A DNA stretch of 64,000 nt from an uncultured Planctomycetota bacterium. GTDB taxonomy: Bacteria > Planctomycetota > Planctomycetia > Pirellulales > Pirellulaceae. The stretch is taken from the NCBI GenBank assembly GCA_963700575.1, contig CAVOYC010000005.1:586178-650177 (forward strand), read 5' to 3'. The translations under genes and the position numbers were made by a program. Under the pieces are notes generated by a model, which was not told the DNA's origin, made no database searches, and saw nothing but the letters and a program-made list of their open reading frames with translations. Position 1 is the first letter of the stretch, and every line of letters begins with the position of its first letter. This document shows positions 42,648-53,649 of the stretch, one piece after another.

Positions 42648-45533
42648 ATGTCAAATCTCGTGCCACGGCGGACGTGGTGGATGGTTGGGTGGCTGGGGGT
42701 CTCGCTCGTCAGCATCGCCTGCCTGCTGGGAGGGTGTGGCAAGTCGGACGACGGCGGCCAGCAATCTCAGAAGGCGAAATTCGAGGTGGCTGACGATGAA
42801 CAGGCCGACTCCACAGGCGCTAGTCAGCGGGCAGCCCGTAAGATGTCCGCCGAAGCGGGCAACTTGGGATCCGGACTCGGTGGTGGTTCGGCGGCGGGTC
42901 AGCCGGCGCAGCCTCCGAGCATGTCGATCAGTCAGCTGGAAAATCTCACCGTACCCGATGGTACACCGCAAGAGCTGATCGCTTTCATCAACCAGATCGG
43001 CCAGAAGATCATGATGGTTCAGGCCGAACTGCAAGGGCAGCCGCAGTCGGTCGTACAGGCACGAAACCAGGAGTTGCTGGAGGCGGTACTGCAAGCAGCG
43101 GACAAGATCCTGGCCTCCGGTGAGGCGGATCAGGACCAGCGCAAGAGAGCGATTGACGTCAAGGCCGCCGCGCTGATGACGTTGGTTCAAATGTCTGGAG
43201 ACAGTCAATGGGTCGAGCAGATCAAGACCTTCGGCACAACGCTGTCCGCCGACAAAGATCCGGCGATCGTTGTCGAAGGTCGAGCGATACTGTTTGGGCT
43301 CACGATCAATGACCTGACGCAGAGGCGCAGCCAGGACGTCGATGCCGCGATGAGACAACTTGGTGCCTTGCTGCAAGTGAAACCGCAGACGGAAGTGGTA
43401 CTGCAAGTGTCTCTGCAAGCGGTCAAGGCATTGCGCGATCTTGGGCACGAAGACACCGCCCAAGAAGCCTTCAAGCAGATTGCGGCGGCATTCAAGGACA
43501 ACCCGGATCCCGGGTTGGCGGAAGAGGCGGAAAGGATGTCGGAACAACTGCTGTTCGTGGACTCCGACATGGACGCCAATTTTAATGCCGTGGTGGTGAA
43601 CCGGGAAGGAGCCGCCGACATCTTTCTCGCCGAATACGGGAAGCTGCTCGGACAGCCGAAACCGGGCTCTTTGACATTGCAGAAAGGAATTCGATACATC
43701 AGCGTATTGGAGCAGACGCAGCACTACGACCTGGCGCGAAAATTATGCGTCCTGATACACGATGCATACAACACGAGCCCGGATGAAAGGCTGAAGAACG
43801 CCGCTCAACAGGGGACGCAGGCGGCGCTCCGCCGCCTCGATCTGCTCGGAAAACCGCTGGTTGTGGACGCGACACGATTGGATGGGAGTTCTTTGGACTT
43901 CGCGGCTTACCAAGGGAAGGTCGTCCTGGTGGCTTTTTTCCAGTCGTTCGTTCCGCGTTGCCAGCAGGAGCTGATGAGCGTCAAGACTCAATATGAGAAG
44001 TACCACGAAAAGGGTTTGGAGGTCATTGCGGTCAGTCTGGATCCTGACCGTGAGATGTTGAATCGCTTTCTGGCCGATACGAGCCTTCCCTGGGTGACGG
44101 TCACCAACAACAAGTTGGCCGAGAAATGTGGCGTGGAGATGGTGCCGTTTTTCCTGCTCTTGGATCAGGAAGGCAAGGTGTCCGATATTTACGTGCAAGC
44201 GGCGTCACTCAGCGAGAGGTTGGCCAGATTATATGGGGTCACGGATTCCGCAACGCCTCCCGAACCAGAGACCAGTGGTGGAGCGGCCGACCAGTCGCAA
44301 AACCTGCGCCGCCGGCCACTCGGCAGCGGCGTTTCCAGGTTCGTTTTGGCGGGGCCTCTGGAACCTGACCGGCCGAAGGCCCTGGCGGCTGATTCGCGGC
44401 CACCGCGCAAGGAGGACGTGCCACCGCCGGACGCCCCGCCGTCGGAGCAGCAGCAGCAAGAAATAAACGCTGCTCCCACCGCAGCGGACGATGCGGAACT
44501 CGAGCGGGCCGAAGCGCTAGTGAATCCCTATCTGCCGCGTCCCGGGCTTTCTGAGTTTGAGCTGATCAACTTCCTGTTTGACATGCAGGAGAAATCAACG
44601 AGCATTCGGCGGCGACCTGGGTTTACCGACGCGATGGTGGAGGCGGCGGATCGCGTGTTGGCCACCAGCACGGAAGACCGGTACCAGCTGATCGCGGCAG
44701 AAGCGAAATTCACCGCCTTGCATGAGATGGCCTGTCGGGGAAGCGAAGATGCCGATCGACAATTGGCCACGTTCGTCGCTGCCATGGTGGATGACAAACG
44801 ACCCGAGATAGTCCGTCGCGTGAAGTTCCTGCAGCTCGAATCCCGCGCGATCGGAGCAGATCAGCTACAGTTGACGGAAATCCCCTCTCTTTTACAGGAC
44901 CTGCGTCTGTTCCTCGAAGCAGAGCCGAAGCTGAAAAATCGTCATCTGCGTTTGGCCTCAGCCACCGTACACGCCATCAATCGATTGCCCGACGAAGCGC
45001 AGCGCGAGGGTTACTTCGCGGAGTTTGGCAAATTGTTTTCCAACAGCAAAGATCGGCAGCTGGCACGCTATGGCGAAAAATTGATCGGCAGCGGCAAAGG
45101 GCAAGTCAGTGACCTGGTCGGCCAGCCGTTGGAGCTGCAAGGGATCACCGACATGGGAACAGAGTTCGACTGGAGCAGCTACCGGGGAAAAGTCGTACTG
45201 GTCGACTTCTGGGCTACCTGGTGTGGCCCTTGTCTACGCGAACTGCCACAAGTTCGCGCCCTTCATGAGCGACACGCGGCAGACGGTTTTGAGGTGGTGG
45301 CCGTGAGTTTGGATGAAGATCTGGAGGTACTCGCCAAGTACCTGGAGGAAAACAAAGTACCTTGGTCGAATCTGATCGGCAAAGAGGCGTCCAACCTGGC
45401 AACAAAGTATGGTGTGCGCGGCATCCCGACCATGATACTCGTCGATCCCACTGGTCAGGTTGTCGCGGTGGGCCAAAAAGTGGAAACACTCGAGCCACAG
45501 ATCCAGGAACTCCTGGAGATCGCGAGCAAGTGA
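42648..45533 (+). CDS. large lipoprotein with tandem TlpA-like thioredoxin-fold domains (one degenerate, one with WCGPC)
   Basis: Lipobox MSNLVPRRTWWMVGWLGVSLVSIACLLGGC. About 650 aa of helical region. Domain 1 is GKVVLVAFFQSFVPRCQQEL... (the CxxC motif degenerated to SFVPRC). A Pro-rich linker follows. Domain 2 is GKVVLVDFWATWCGPCLRELPQVRALHERHAADGFEVVAVSLDED...GIPTMILVD. GGAG RBS. Confidence 0.75.
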   Translation: MSNLVPRRTWWMVGWLGVSLVSIACLLGGCGKSDDGGQQSQKAKFEVADDEQADSTGASQRAARKMSAEAGNLGSGLGGGSAAGQPAQPPSMSISQLENLTVPDGTPQELIAFINQIGQKIMMVQAELQGQPQSVVQARNQELLEAVLQAADKILASGEADQDQRKRAIDVKAAALMTLVQMSGDSQWVEQIKTFGTTLSADKDPAIVVEGRAILFGLTINDLTQRRSQDVDAAMRQLGALLQVKPQTEVVLQVSLQAVKALRDLGHEDTAQEAFKQIAAAFKDNPDPGLAEEAERMSEQLLFVDSDMDANFNAVVVNREGAADIFLAEYGKLLGQPKPGSLTLQKGIRYISVLEQTQHYDLARKLCVLIHDAYNTSPDERLKNAAQQGTQAALRRLDLLGKPLVVDATRLDGSSLDFAAYQGKVVLVAFFQSFVPRCQQELMSVKTQYEKYHEKGLEVIAVSLDPDREMLNRFLADTSLPWVTVTNNKLAEKCGVEMVPFFLLLDQEGKVSDIYVQAASLSERLARLYGVTDSATPPEPETSGGAADQSQNLRRRPLGSGVSRFVLAGPLEPDRPKALAADSRPPRKEDVPPPDAPPSEQQQQEINAAPTAADDAELERAEALVNPYLPRPGLSEFELINFLFDMQEKSTSIRRRPGFTDAMVEAADRVLATSTEDRYQLIAAEAKFTALHEMACRGSEDADRQLATFVAAMVDDKRPEIVRRVKFLQLESRAIGADQLQLTEIPSLLQDLRLFLEAEPKLKNRHLRLASATVHAINRLPDEAQREGYFAEFGKLFSNSKDRQLARYGEKLIGSGKGQVSDLVGQPLELQGITDMGTEFDWSSYRGKVVLVDFWATWCGPCLRELPQVRALHERHAADGFEVVAVSLDEDLEVLAKYLEENKVPWSNLIGKEASNLATKYGVRGIPTMILVDPTGQVVAVGQKVETLEPQIQELLEIASK

Positions 45534-45573
45534 ATGGGCGGGTGGCAACCGCCGGCGATGACCAAGAAACGAA

Positions 45574-45607
45574 CCAGGCCGCGTCTCTCAACGCGGCCTG
45601 GTTTATT
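45574..45607 (+). terminator. intrinsic terminator CCAGGCCGCG-TCTCTCAA-CGCGGCCTGG followed by TTTATT
   Basis: A 10-bp perfect GC-rich stem and a T-rich tail, 40 nt after the stop codon of the thioredoxin lipoprotein gene. Confidence 0.65.
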
Positions 45608-46594
45608 GCAGCGAGATTGATTGAGTCGTTCTATGCTAAGCGATAGTCTTACACTACCGTTGGCGAAAGCACTTCACACCTCAATTGCGGAGATGCGAAG
45701 TATCGAGAAACAGTAAACGCGGGAATCCACGTGGGTACTCAATGGAATGGACGAATTCTTCAAGGAAGTTAAGGATGCGCTGCTCACTTGCGTGCAATCA
45801 ACTGGCGACTCGTTGTTCTGATTCTCCGGTCACCATCGATTTCGCATCGTGCTCCAGTGGCGATCCCACCGCTTGTAGGAAACGCCCTCCATTCTCATAC
45901 CACCCGTGTCGATTCGATCGGCACCATCTCAGGTCGAGCACTAAGGCCAACCACCTCCCGTCGCAGCACTCCCAGGATGCGATCACGCGGCGGTAGGGAA
46001 GGGGCGCCTGATAATAAAAGTCTAGCCCACGTTCTGAGATGTGTTTCCCCAAAACGACAATTGTTTCTTCCAAAATCGCTGATCCGTCCTCAGCGACCGG
46101 TGTCACATGGATCGGATAGGGAAAAGGCTCGCGGCGGTCACAGCGGCGGTCTGCTGCATGAGGGCGGTAACGGAAAAACTGCAGCACCTGCTGTACACGT
46201 ACCCGTACTTGCTGGTCGATCAATTGTGTGGCTATGGGAGGAATTGCGCACGGCGACACGAGTGTCCCTGTAGTCATGAACGAAGACCCCTCGACGAGTT
46301 ACCTAACTGCGTGGTTCGGGCGGCATTTCCCTGGAAAGTGAAACAAGAGTATTCATCTACATCAAGCGCGGATCACAACGCGGTGGTCGAGTTTCCTGAG
46401 CATCGGATCAAGAAGCACCTAGACGGCGATTGACGGCCCGCCGCCGAAATATTCAGACGCGTATGATGAGAGAATCCTTGCCGAGCAGACCTCCAGCTGC
46501 GTTGCTGAATTGACCGATGCGTTTCCGATTGACGCGCATGGCTGCCAGGAACACTGAGGCCGTAATGGTTATCTACGTCACAGATCGCACTTTG

Positions 46595-47833
46595 TCAAAG
46601 AGATCCGGCCGCTTGCAGCAGCCGATGAATCTGCGCAGACTCGGACCCGCGTCCCTCGCGCTCCAACTGCTCCAGACGCTCCAGCCAAAACTGCGTTTCA
46701 CAGTCTCGTATCTCTGGCGTGTTGCCATAACGCTGGCGAACAAGCGCGAACACCTCCCTGGCACCGTCAACACCTGATCGCTGCAGTCGCCAACTCGCCC
46801 ATAACCGCAGGACCGACCATCGTCCTCCATGAAACAGCTCTTCCTCCGGGCGACGCGCGTGGCATTCATCCAATAGCGAAAACGCTTCCTGGAATTGTCG
46901 TTGACGGCAGAGATGGATGATCCACTTGTGATGAACGTGCAGGTCGTTCGCCAGGGTGACTGGCTCGTCAGGTGCCAAATGCAGGCATCTGGCCAACGTG
47001 GTCGCCGACTCGGCGAATTGCCCCACATCACATAAATGCAGTGACCAATTGTTCCAGGCCGCGATCAGGTTGCGACGAGAACCTGGATCGAACGGATCAA
47101 GCCGGCTGGACAGCTCGAGGTACTTGGCAGCTCGGCGATACTCATTCTGGGACAACAGAGTGGTGCCCCGATTGTAGTAAATACGGGCAATCAATGGCAC
47201 GTCATCGAGTTCTCGGGCCGGGCCCAGACCCACATCGACCGTGGGGGCGACACGCCCGCCAGCCGGACGGCCGAGTCGCTCAAACCAGTCGGGGCAAGTG
47301 GTTTGAACATCGTAGGGCGCGTCAAGGTCCAATCGGCAGTAAACATGAGTGGGCCGCGTCACGGCCCTGGCAGGAATGTCGAATTGACGGCATAGACAGA
47401 GGTACAGAATCGTGGAGGTCAGGCAATTATAGGCCTGCCCGGACAACGTTTGATCGGTGCGATAGCAGTGCTCCTGAAATGCGGCGCCGGCCAGCCACTC
47501 TTCGTGCATGTCACGAAACAGTATCTCGGCTCGTTGTCGATCCGTCTGGCATCGGGCTAAGCTGCCACACCGCCTGCGGCAAAACTCGTCAAAGCGTGCC
47601 TGGCAGTCGTCAAGGGTGATCGCGCTGTGGCAACCGCCGGCAATCATGGCTGCCCTGAGAAGGGAATAGCAGTCCGGCTGTGCGTCGCTCAAATCAGACC
47701 ACAAGGTCGCTTCGAGGGGAGCGTACTTTGCCGGCTGAAACATGGCAATCTGGGTGGCCTTGGCCGGCTCACTTCTACCGGTCAACAAGGCCACAACACT
47801 CAGCAGCGAAATCCCCGCAGTTACGCGAACCAT
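46595..47833 (-). CDS. secreted hypothetical protein with TPR-like helical C-terminal half
   Basis: Signal peptide MVRVTAGISLLSVVALLTG. 412 aa rich in Cys, Trp and Arg. The C-terminal region contains repeated helix-pair-like segments (YYNRGTTLLSQNEYRRAAKYLELSSRLDP...). Confidence 0.4.
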   Translation of the reverse strand: MVRVTAGISLLSVVALLTGRSEPAKATQIAMFQPAKYAPLEATLWSDLSDAQPDCYSLLRAAMIAGGCHSAITLDDCQARFDEFCRRRCGSLARCQTDRQRAEILFRDMHEEWLAGAAFQEHCYRTDQTLSGQAYNCLTSTILYLCLCRQFDIPARAVTRPTHVYCRLDLDAPYDVQTTCPDWFERLGRPAGGRVAPTVDVGLGPARELDDVPLIARIYYNRGTTLLSQNEYRRAAKYLELSSRLDPFDPGSRRNLIAAWNNWSLHLCDVGQFAESATTLARCLHLAPDEPVTLANDLHVHHKWIIHLCRQRQFQEAFSLLDECHARRPEEELFHGGRWSVLRLWASWRLQRSGVDGAREVFALVRQRYGNTPEIRDCETQFWLERLEQLEREGRGSESAQIHRLLQAAGSL

Positions 47834-48305
47834 CTTCAATCCAATGGTAAATGGTGGTGGTACGCTCTCACGGATCCGGTGCGCCGGACTGCGGTCGGAA
47901 CGTGAAACCAGAAATTGGTGACGCGAAGTCCTAGCCCGGTTTTTTCATGTAGGGTGGGTCAAGCTTGCGCAACGTGTTGATGGGTCTTCACCCGCCGATC
48001 AGCTCCCCAGCAACAGTCCCAGTTGGTGCGGGCAGAAAACAAGCTCGCGACGCCCCACCAGCAGCACGGCTTGCGCGACCCGCCCCACGGGTTTTGTGAA
48101 TAATCCGGCGCTGGCAAGACAACAGGGTGGCTGGCCACCCGGAACGCTATCGCACAGCCGCTTTGGGAGCAGGCGCCAGCCACGTCCGCCACAAACATAC
48201 GATGAGAAATGGCAACGTGTGGCCAAAAAACAACGCGAATTCAGGATTTTTCGATTATCCCGATGGCTCCCGCGTCAGGTCCGCGTTGTCCGCCGACAGA
48301 GACTC

Positions 48306-49519
48306 TCAGTCAAACGGGAGTTGATGCCCCATCTTGTCTCGCTTGGTTGCCAGATAATGGGCGTTGTACTTGTTGGCGGGCGGGAGGATAGGGACCTGGT
48401 CCACGACCGCCAGATCGTAGCTTCGCAGGCTGAAGGCTTCCGTCTTTTTGGGATTGTTCGTCAGGAGTCGGATTCTGGTGAACCCAAGGTCCTTCAGAAT
48501 CTGGATGCCGATGCCGTAGTCCCGCATGTCGGCTTTGAAGCCCAAGGCATGATTGGCCTCGACCGTGTCCAGGCCCTCGTCCTGCAAGGCGTAGGCTTTG
48601 ATCTTCTCAGCCAGCCCGATCCCGCGTCCTTCCTGTGGCAGGTAGACCAGCACTCCCATACCTTCGCGGCCGATCATGTCGAGTGCCATGCGGAGCTGAT
48701 CGCCACAATCACACCGCAGCGAATTGATCAGGTCACCGGTGAAGCAACTGGAGTGCATCCGGACCAAGGGTACGCGTTCGGTATCGGAGACATCGCCCAG
48801 CACCAGCGCGATGGGTACCTGGTCTTCGTACTTCACGTCGTACACGACGATGCGAAACTTGCCGTAGCGCGTCGGAAGCTCTGCTTCGCTGACCCGGGAG
48901 ATCAGCTTTTCGCTCAGCCGTCGATGCGCGATCAGCTCCTCGATCGAGATGATCTCCAGGTGGTGGCGTTCGGCGATCGTCATCAGCTCGTTCGCGACTC
49001 GCCCGGTCTCCAGTTTCGGAAAGGATCTCACAGAGCACACCGGCCGGCGTGAGCCCTGCCATCCGCGCCAGATCGACCGCCGCTTCGGTGTGACCGGCAC
49101 GTCGCAGAACGCCCCCCTCCTTGGCCAGCAGCAGGTGGACGTGTCCTGGCCGGACGAAGTCGTCGGGGCCGGACTTGGGGATCCGCGACGGTTCGCACGG
49201 TCAGCGAACGCTCCTCGGCCGTGATGCCCGTGCGGACCGAGGCGTGGTCCAGCGGGGTCATGAACGCCGTGCGCAGCGGGGCCGTATTGGTTTCCACCAG
49301 CGGCAAGACTTCCAGACGCCGACAGACTTCGGGCAGGACCGGCATGCAGAACTCGCCCCGACCGCCCATGACAAAGTTGACGTTCTCCGGAGTCGCCTTC
49401 TCCGCGGCACAGATGAAATCCCCTTCGTTCTCGCGGTCTTCATCGTCAACCACGATCACGACTTCGCCGCGAGCGATGGCATCCACAGCGGCCTGTACGG
49501 ACGAAAACTGACGTGGCAC
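48306..49519 (-). CDS. ribBA: bifunctional 3,4-dihydroxy-2-butanone-4-phosphate synthase / GTP cyclohydrolase II; frame shift(s) around 49050-49200
   Basis: The N-terminal part ...[43 protein letters not shown]... matches RibB. The C-terminal part ...[23 protein letters not shown]...[35 protein letters not shown]... matches RibA. GTG start at 49519. Confidence 0.9.
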
Positions 49520-49914
49520 GATTTACCTTTCCAGACCAACAACGAGCCCAGCAATTCGGTGCACAGCCGGCACCTGATGGTTGTAAGAGTACGCGTCCCA
49601 CAACTCATCCAACTCGCCGCTGCGGGGCCTGGGTGTGATTCATCGCGGGGAGCCATCGCGAGCACGGTTGAGTTCCCAGGTGTCGGACAGCCTCGGTATC
49701 GGATCGAATCAGGCTTCTCGCCTCGGAAGCGGTAACACGACTACCTGCCCCATGCCAACCTTCGTATTATAGTGCGACAGGACGTTCAGTGCCAGGGACC
49801 CCGATCCGCTTCCGGGTGCACCTCGTTCCTGGGCCGCTACCGAGCGGTCGAGGCTGGTGTACGATTCGGTAGCCCGCAACGCTCGCCGTTTGCGCACCAG
49901 AAGGCGATCCAACC

Positions 49915-50798
49915 ATGCCGCTGCTGGATCGCGAAGAATACGTCGAGCAAGCCCACTTTTTCCGGGCCCTGGGGGAGCGTCTGCCGCAGAATCAGCCGCT
50001 GCAGGAAGTCCTGGCCCAGTTGCGGGAAGAAGTGTTGGCGACCACCAAGTTGCCCTTGGCGATCGACTTCTTGCTGGGGGAGCTGCGGCATCGCGGGGAG
50101 ATGGGCCCTGCCATGCAGGAAACTGGCCCACTACTTTACCTCTTTCCAGACTTATGTGGTCGAGGAAGCGGAGAACGAGCGGGGACGATTCGACATGCGG
50201 GTGGCGACCGAGATTCTGCGGTACGAGGCGGAGTATCGCAGCCAGGGAGCCTCTCGTCCCGGATCGTTCATGTACCAGTTCGAAGCGTTGTGCCGGAATC
50301 GACTCCGCTACGAACGCGGGCTCGACGCCATGGCTGACGATCCGATCTATGACCAGCCGTGGCGGGAGTGGTTGCAGACCGTTCGTCGGCAGATCGGGAT
50401 CATCGATTTCGCCGACCTGGTTTATGTCCGCAGCCAGCACTATGTGAACGAGCGGCTACGGCGGCGGCCAGAGGTCGATCCGAACTGTCCCGTCTTGTTT
50501 GGCGAGAAGGAAGGAAAGATCGCGCTGGCCAACCGCCGCAAGGACCCACTCTACCTGTTCGCGGCACTGCAGCGTCACCTGGGATATCCGACAGTGCCCG
50601 CGTCTCGCACCAGTCGACGAGACCCCTCAGCTGATTCCGCAGCTGATGCGGCGCATGGAGCGGGTGGAGAACGCGCATCAAGTTGCTCGAGGACGAACAG
50701 CGTGGCGGAATCGACATGACCAAGTTCTATGGACCTCCGGGCAAGTAATGTCGCACAACGGACGCCGGAAGAGCGAGGTGCCTCGGATCGCGAGCTGA
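49915..50798 (+). CDS. hypothetical conserved protein; frame shift(s) near 50110 and 50600
   Basis: MPLLDREEYVEQAHFFRALGERLPQNQPLQEVLAQLREEVLATTKLPLAIDFLLGELRHRGEMGPAMQ continues in a second frame as ...LAHYFTSFQTYVVEEAENERGRFDMRVATEILRYEAEYRSQG... No family assigned. Confidence 0.4.
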
Positions 50799-50953
50799 TC
50801 CGGCTGACCCGCCACCAGGATGCTTCGTTTACGTTTCCCGTGAACGAATAAGGGAGCTGTGGCGTAATCCTCAGCTGTCACTGCGCGGCTGGTTTGGCAA
50901 AATCGACGAATTCTGACGGTTTTGCGGTTCAACTTCGATTGCGAGCGCGTGGT

Positions 50954-50982
50954 ACATTTTCGGTTAGAACATTTTCGGTTAG
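50954..50982. promoter_or_regulatory. 14-bp direct repeat ACATTTTCGGTTAG x2 (1-nt spacer)
   Basis: tggtACATTTTCGGTTAGaACATTTTCGGTTAGgcc, read directly. It lies upstream of the CBS-korA-korB gene group. Confidence 0.45.
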
Positions 50983-51132
50983 GCCACGCCTGTCGAGCGG
51001 TTGGCGATTCGAAATGGGGGGTGGACGAACGTACGCGACCTTCCCTGCAACAGGTTCCGATTGCCGCGCCTCGACGATGGGACAGACTCGCTGGAACGAT
51101 TGATTTCTATCAGGAATTGTGCGGTGGACTTT

Positions 51133-51594
51133 CAGCTGAATCTGGCTATCGAAACCGTCGCCCAGGCTCGCCCCGAAGAACCGCTGATCGTGGCTCCGAC
51201 GACCAGCTTGCGCGATGTGTTGCAGCTGATGCAGGCACGCAATCGCGGTTCCGTGATGGTCTGTTCTTCCAGTGGTTCACTGGAGGGCATTTTGACCGAA
51301 CGCGACGTTGTCAGGCTGTTGGCGGACGCGGTCGATTTGAGCATTCCGATCGAACGAGTGATGGTGCGCAACCCGGTGACGCTTGACGCGCGACGGACAC
51401 GGTCGGCACGGCGATTTCACGAATGGCCAGGGGTGGCTATCGCCGCCTGCCCGTGGTGGACGAAGCGGGGCATCCGATCGGTGTGCTGGGGGTGTCCCGC
51501 ATTCTAGAATACCTGGTGGAGCATTTTCCCAAGGTGGTATACACGCTTGCCACCACAACCTCACCAATCCGTCACAGGAACGAGAGGGCGCATT
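51133..51594 (+). CDS. CBS-domain pair protein; frame shift near 51400
   Basis: ...LIVAPTTSLRDVLQLMQARNRGSVMVCSSSGSLEGILTERDVVRLLA...IERVMVRNPVTLDA, then in the second frame ...GGYRRLPVVDEAGHPIGVLGVSRILEYLVEHFPKVV. Start codon uncertain (GTG 51133 or ATG 51001). Confidence 0.6.
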
Positions 51595-51704
51595 AGTGTT
51601 CGGCCACCGTCCTGAGAATGGCATCTTCTTGACAGATTATTTTGACTCTGGCGACAACTCTGATCTTGAGACGACTTTGATCTGGGAGAAATCACGAGCG
51701 GACC

Positions 51705-53603
51705 ATGTCAACGACAACCGAAGGACATCCACAACCCAACGTCCAATAAAAGAGACGATTCAACTGGAAGGTGCCACTGTTCGCTTGGCGGGTGATTCCG
51801 GTGACGGCATGCAGTTGCTGGGCACGCAACTGACCAACACGTCGGCGCTTGCTGGGCAATGACGTGGCAACCTTCCCGGATTTTCCGGCCGAGATCCGAG
51901 CTCCGCGTGGTACGCGAGCGGGCGTGAGCGGATTTCAGGTCCAGTTCTCATCGCAAGATATTTTCACCCCGGGTGACACGGCTCGATGCCCTGGTGGCGA
52001 TGAATCCAGCGGCGCTGGTCACGAACGTCGACGACCTTGTGCCGGCGGAATCTTGGTGGTGAACGAGGACGGCTTTGACGACCGCGAGTCTGCGCCTGGC
52101 CAATCTTCAGGCTACAATCCGCTGGAAGACCATTCACTGGACAATTACCGCTTGTTTCGCGTCCCGATGACGACGCTGACACGCAAGGCGGTCGAAGGAT
52201 CTGGGGCTGAGCGTCAAGATGGCCGATCGCTGCCGGAACTTCTTTGCCATGGGGCTGGTCTACTGGCTCTTCGGTCGCGATCCCGAGCGCCACCCTGCGA
52301 TTCATTCGCGACAAGTTCGGCAACAAACCCGACATTGCCCAGGCCAACGAAAAGGCTATGTGGGCCGGTTGGTACTTATGGCGAAACGACCGAGGCCTTT
52401 GCCAGCAGTTATCAGGTGGACGCGGCCAACTGCCTGCCGGCACCTATCGCAACATCATGGGCAACCAGGCGCTGGCCTTGGGACTGCTGGCGGCGGCCGA
52501 GCGGAGTGACAAGGAACTGTTTCTGGGAACCTATCCGATCACGCCGGCCAGCGACATTCTGCACGAACTCAGTAAGTTCAAGAACTTTGGCAGTGCGCAC
52601 GTTTCAGGCGGAAGATGAAATCGCCGCCGTCTGCGCCACCATCGGTGCCGCGTTCGGCGGCGCCATGGCGGTGACCACGACCAGCGGGCCCGGCATCGCG
52701 CTCAAAGGCGAAGCGATGGGCTTGGCGGTGATGCTGGAACTTCCCTTGATCATCGTCAATGTGCAGCGCGGCGGACCGAGCACCGGGTTGCCGACCAAGA
52801 CGGAACAATCCGACTTGTTTCAGGCCATGTTCGGCCGCAACGGCGAATGTCCGCTGCCGGTCATCGCGGCCGCCAGCCCGGCCGATTGTTTCGATGTGGC
52901 GCAGGAAGCGTGGCGGATCGCCGTCGCGATTCATGACGCCGGTCGTGCTCTTGTCCGACGGCTATATCGCCAACGGGTCCGAGCCGTGGCGGATTCCCGA
53001 CGTGGAGGACCTGCCGCGGATCGAGATTCAGCACCCTGAGCCGATCGCCGACGGCGAGCAATTCCTTCCCTACGAACGTGACGAACGGTTGTCACGTCCC
53101 TGGGCGCTGCCCGGAACGCCCGGCTTGATGCATCGTATTGGCGGGCTGGAGAAGCAGAATCGGACCGGCAACGTCAGCTACGATCCCGACAATCACGAGT
53201 ACATGGTCCGGCTGCGGGCTCAAAAAGTTGCCAATGTGGCCGACGACATTCCGTTGCAGCAGGTCGATGGCGCCCGAGAGCGGTGATCTGCTGGTCGTCA
53301 GCTGGGGCGGCACCTATCGGCGCTTGCACGACCGCCGTTCACCGCTGCCAGCGCGGAAGGCTTGTCGGTGGCCCATGCCCATCTGCGATACTTGAATCCG
53401 CTTGCCCAGGAATCTTGGCGAGATCCTGAAGCGTTACCAACGAGTGCTCGTTCCCGAACTCAACCTTGGGTCAGTTGCGCATGCTGCTGGCCGGCACGTA
53501 TCTGGTCGACGCCGGTGGGTTGAACAAGATCAAGGGCAAGCCGTTTGCTGTGGAGGAGGTTGTGGACAAAATCAAGGATCGGTCCTGCGAGAAATCAGAC
53601 TAA
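51705..53603 (+). CDS. korA: 2-oxoglutarate:ferredoxin oxidoreductase alpha subunit (long KorA form); at least 6 frame shifts
   Basis: [14 protein letters not shown] / ...[24 protein letters not shown] / [34 protein letters not shown] / ...[12 protein letters not shown]... / ...[20 protein letters not shown]... / ...[47 protein letters not shown]... / ...[20 protein letters not shown]... The order of the pieces matches actinobacterial KorA. Confidence 0.85.
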
Positions 53604-53649
53604 TCTGAACCTCGACGACTGTTCGAAACACAAAGCCTGACGAAAGAAC

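Noticed and set aside
42651-43724. 357-aa minus-strand ORF
   Set aside because: Antisense to the thioredoxin lipoprotein gene.
49520-49800. Possible FMN riboswitch in the 5' leader of ribBA (minus strand)
   Set aside because: The leader lacks the conserved GGGUGAAAUUCCC, AGCCCGCGAGCG and GUCUGGAUGGGAGA blocks. Only loose resemblance was found (GCUGUCCGACACCUGGGAAC).
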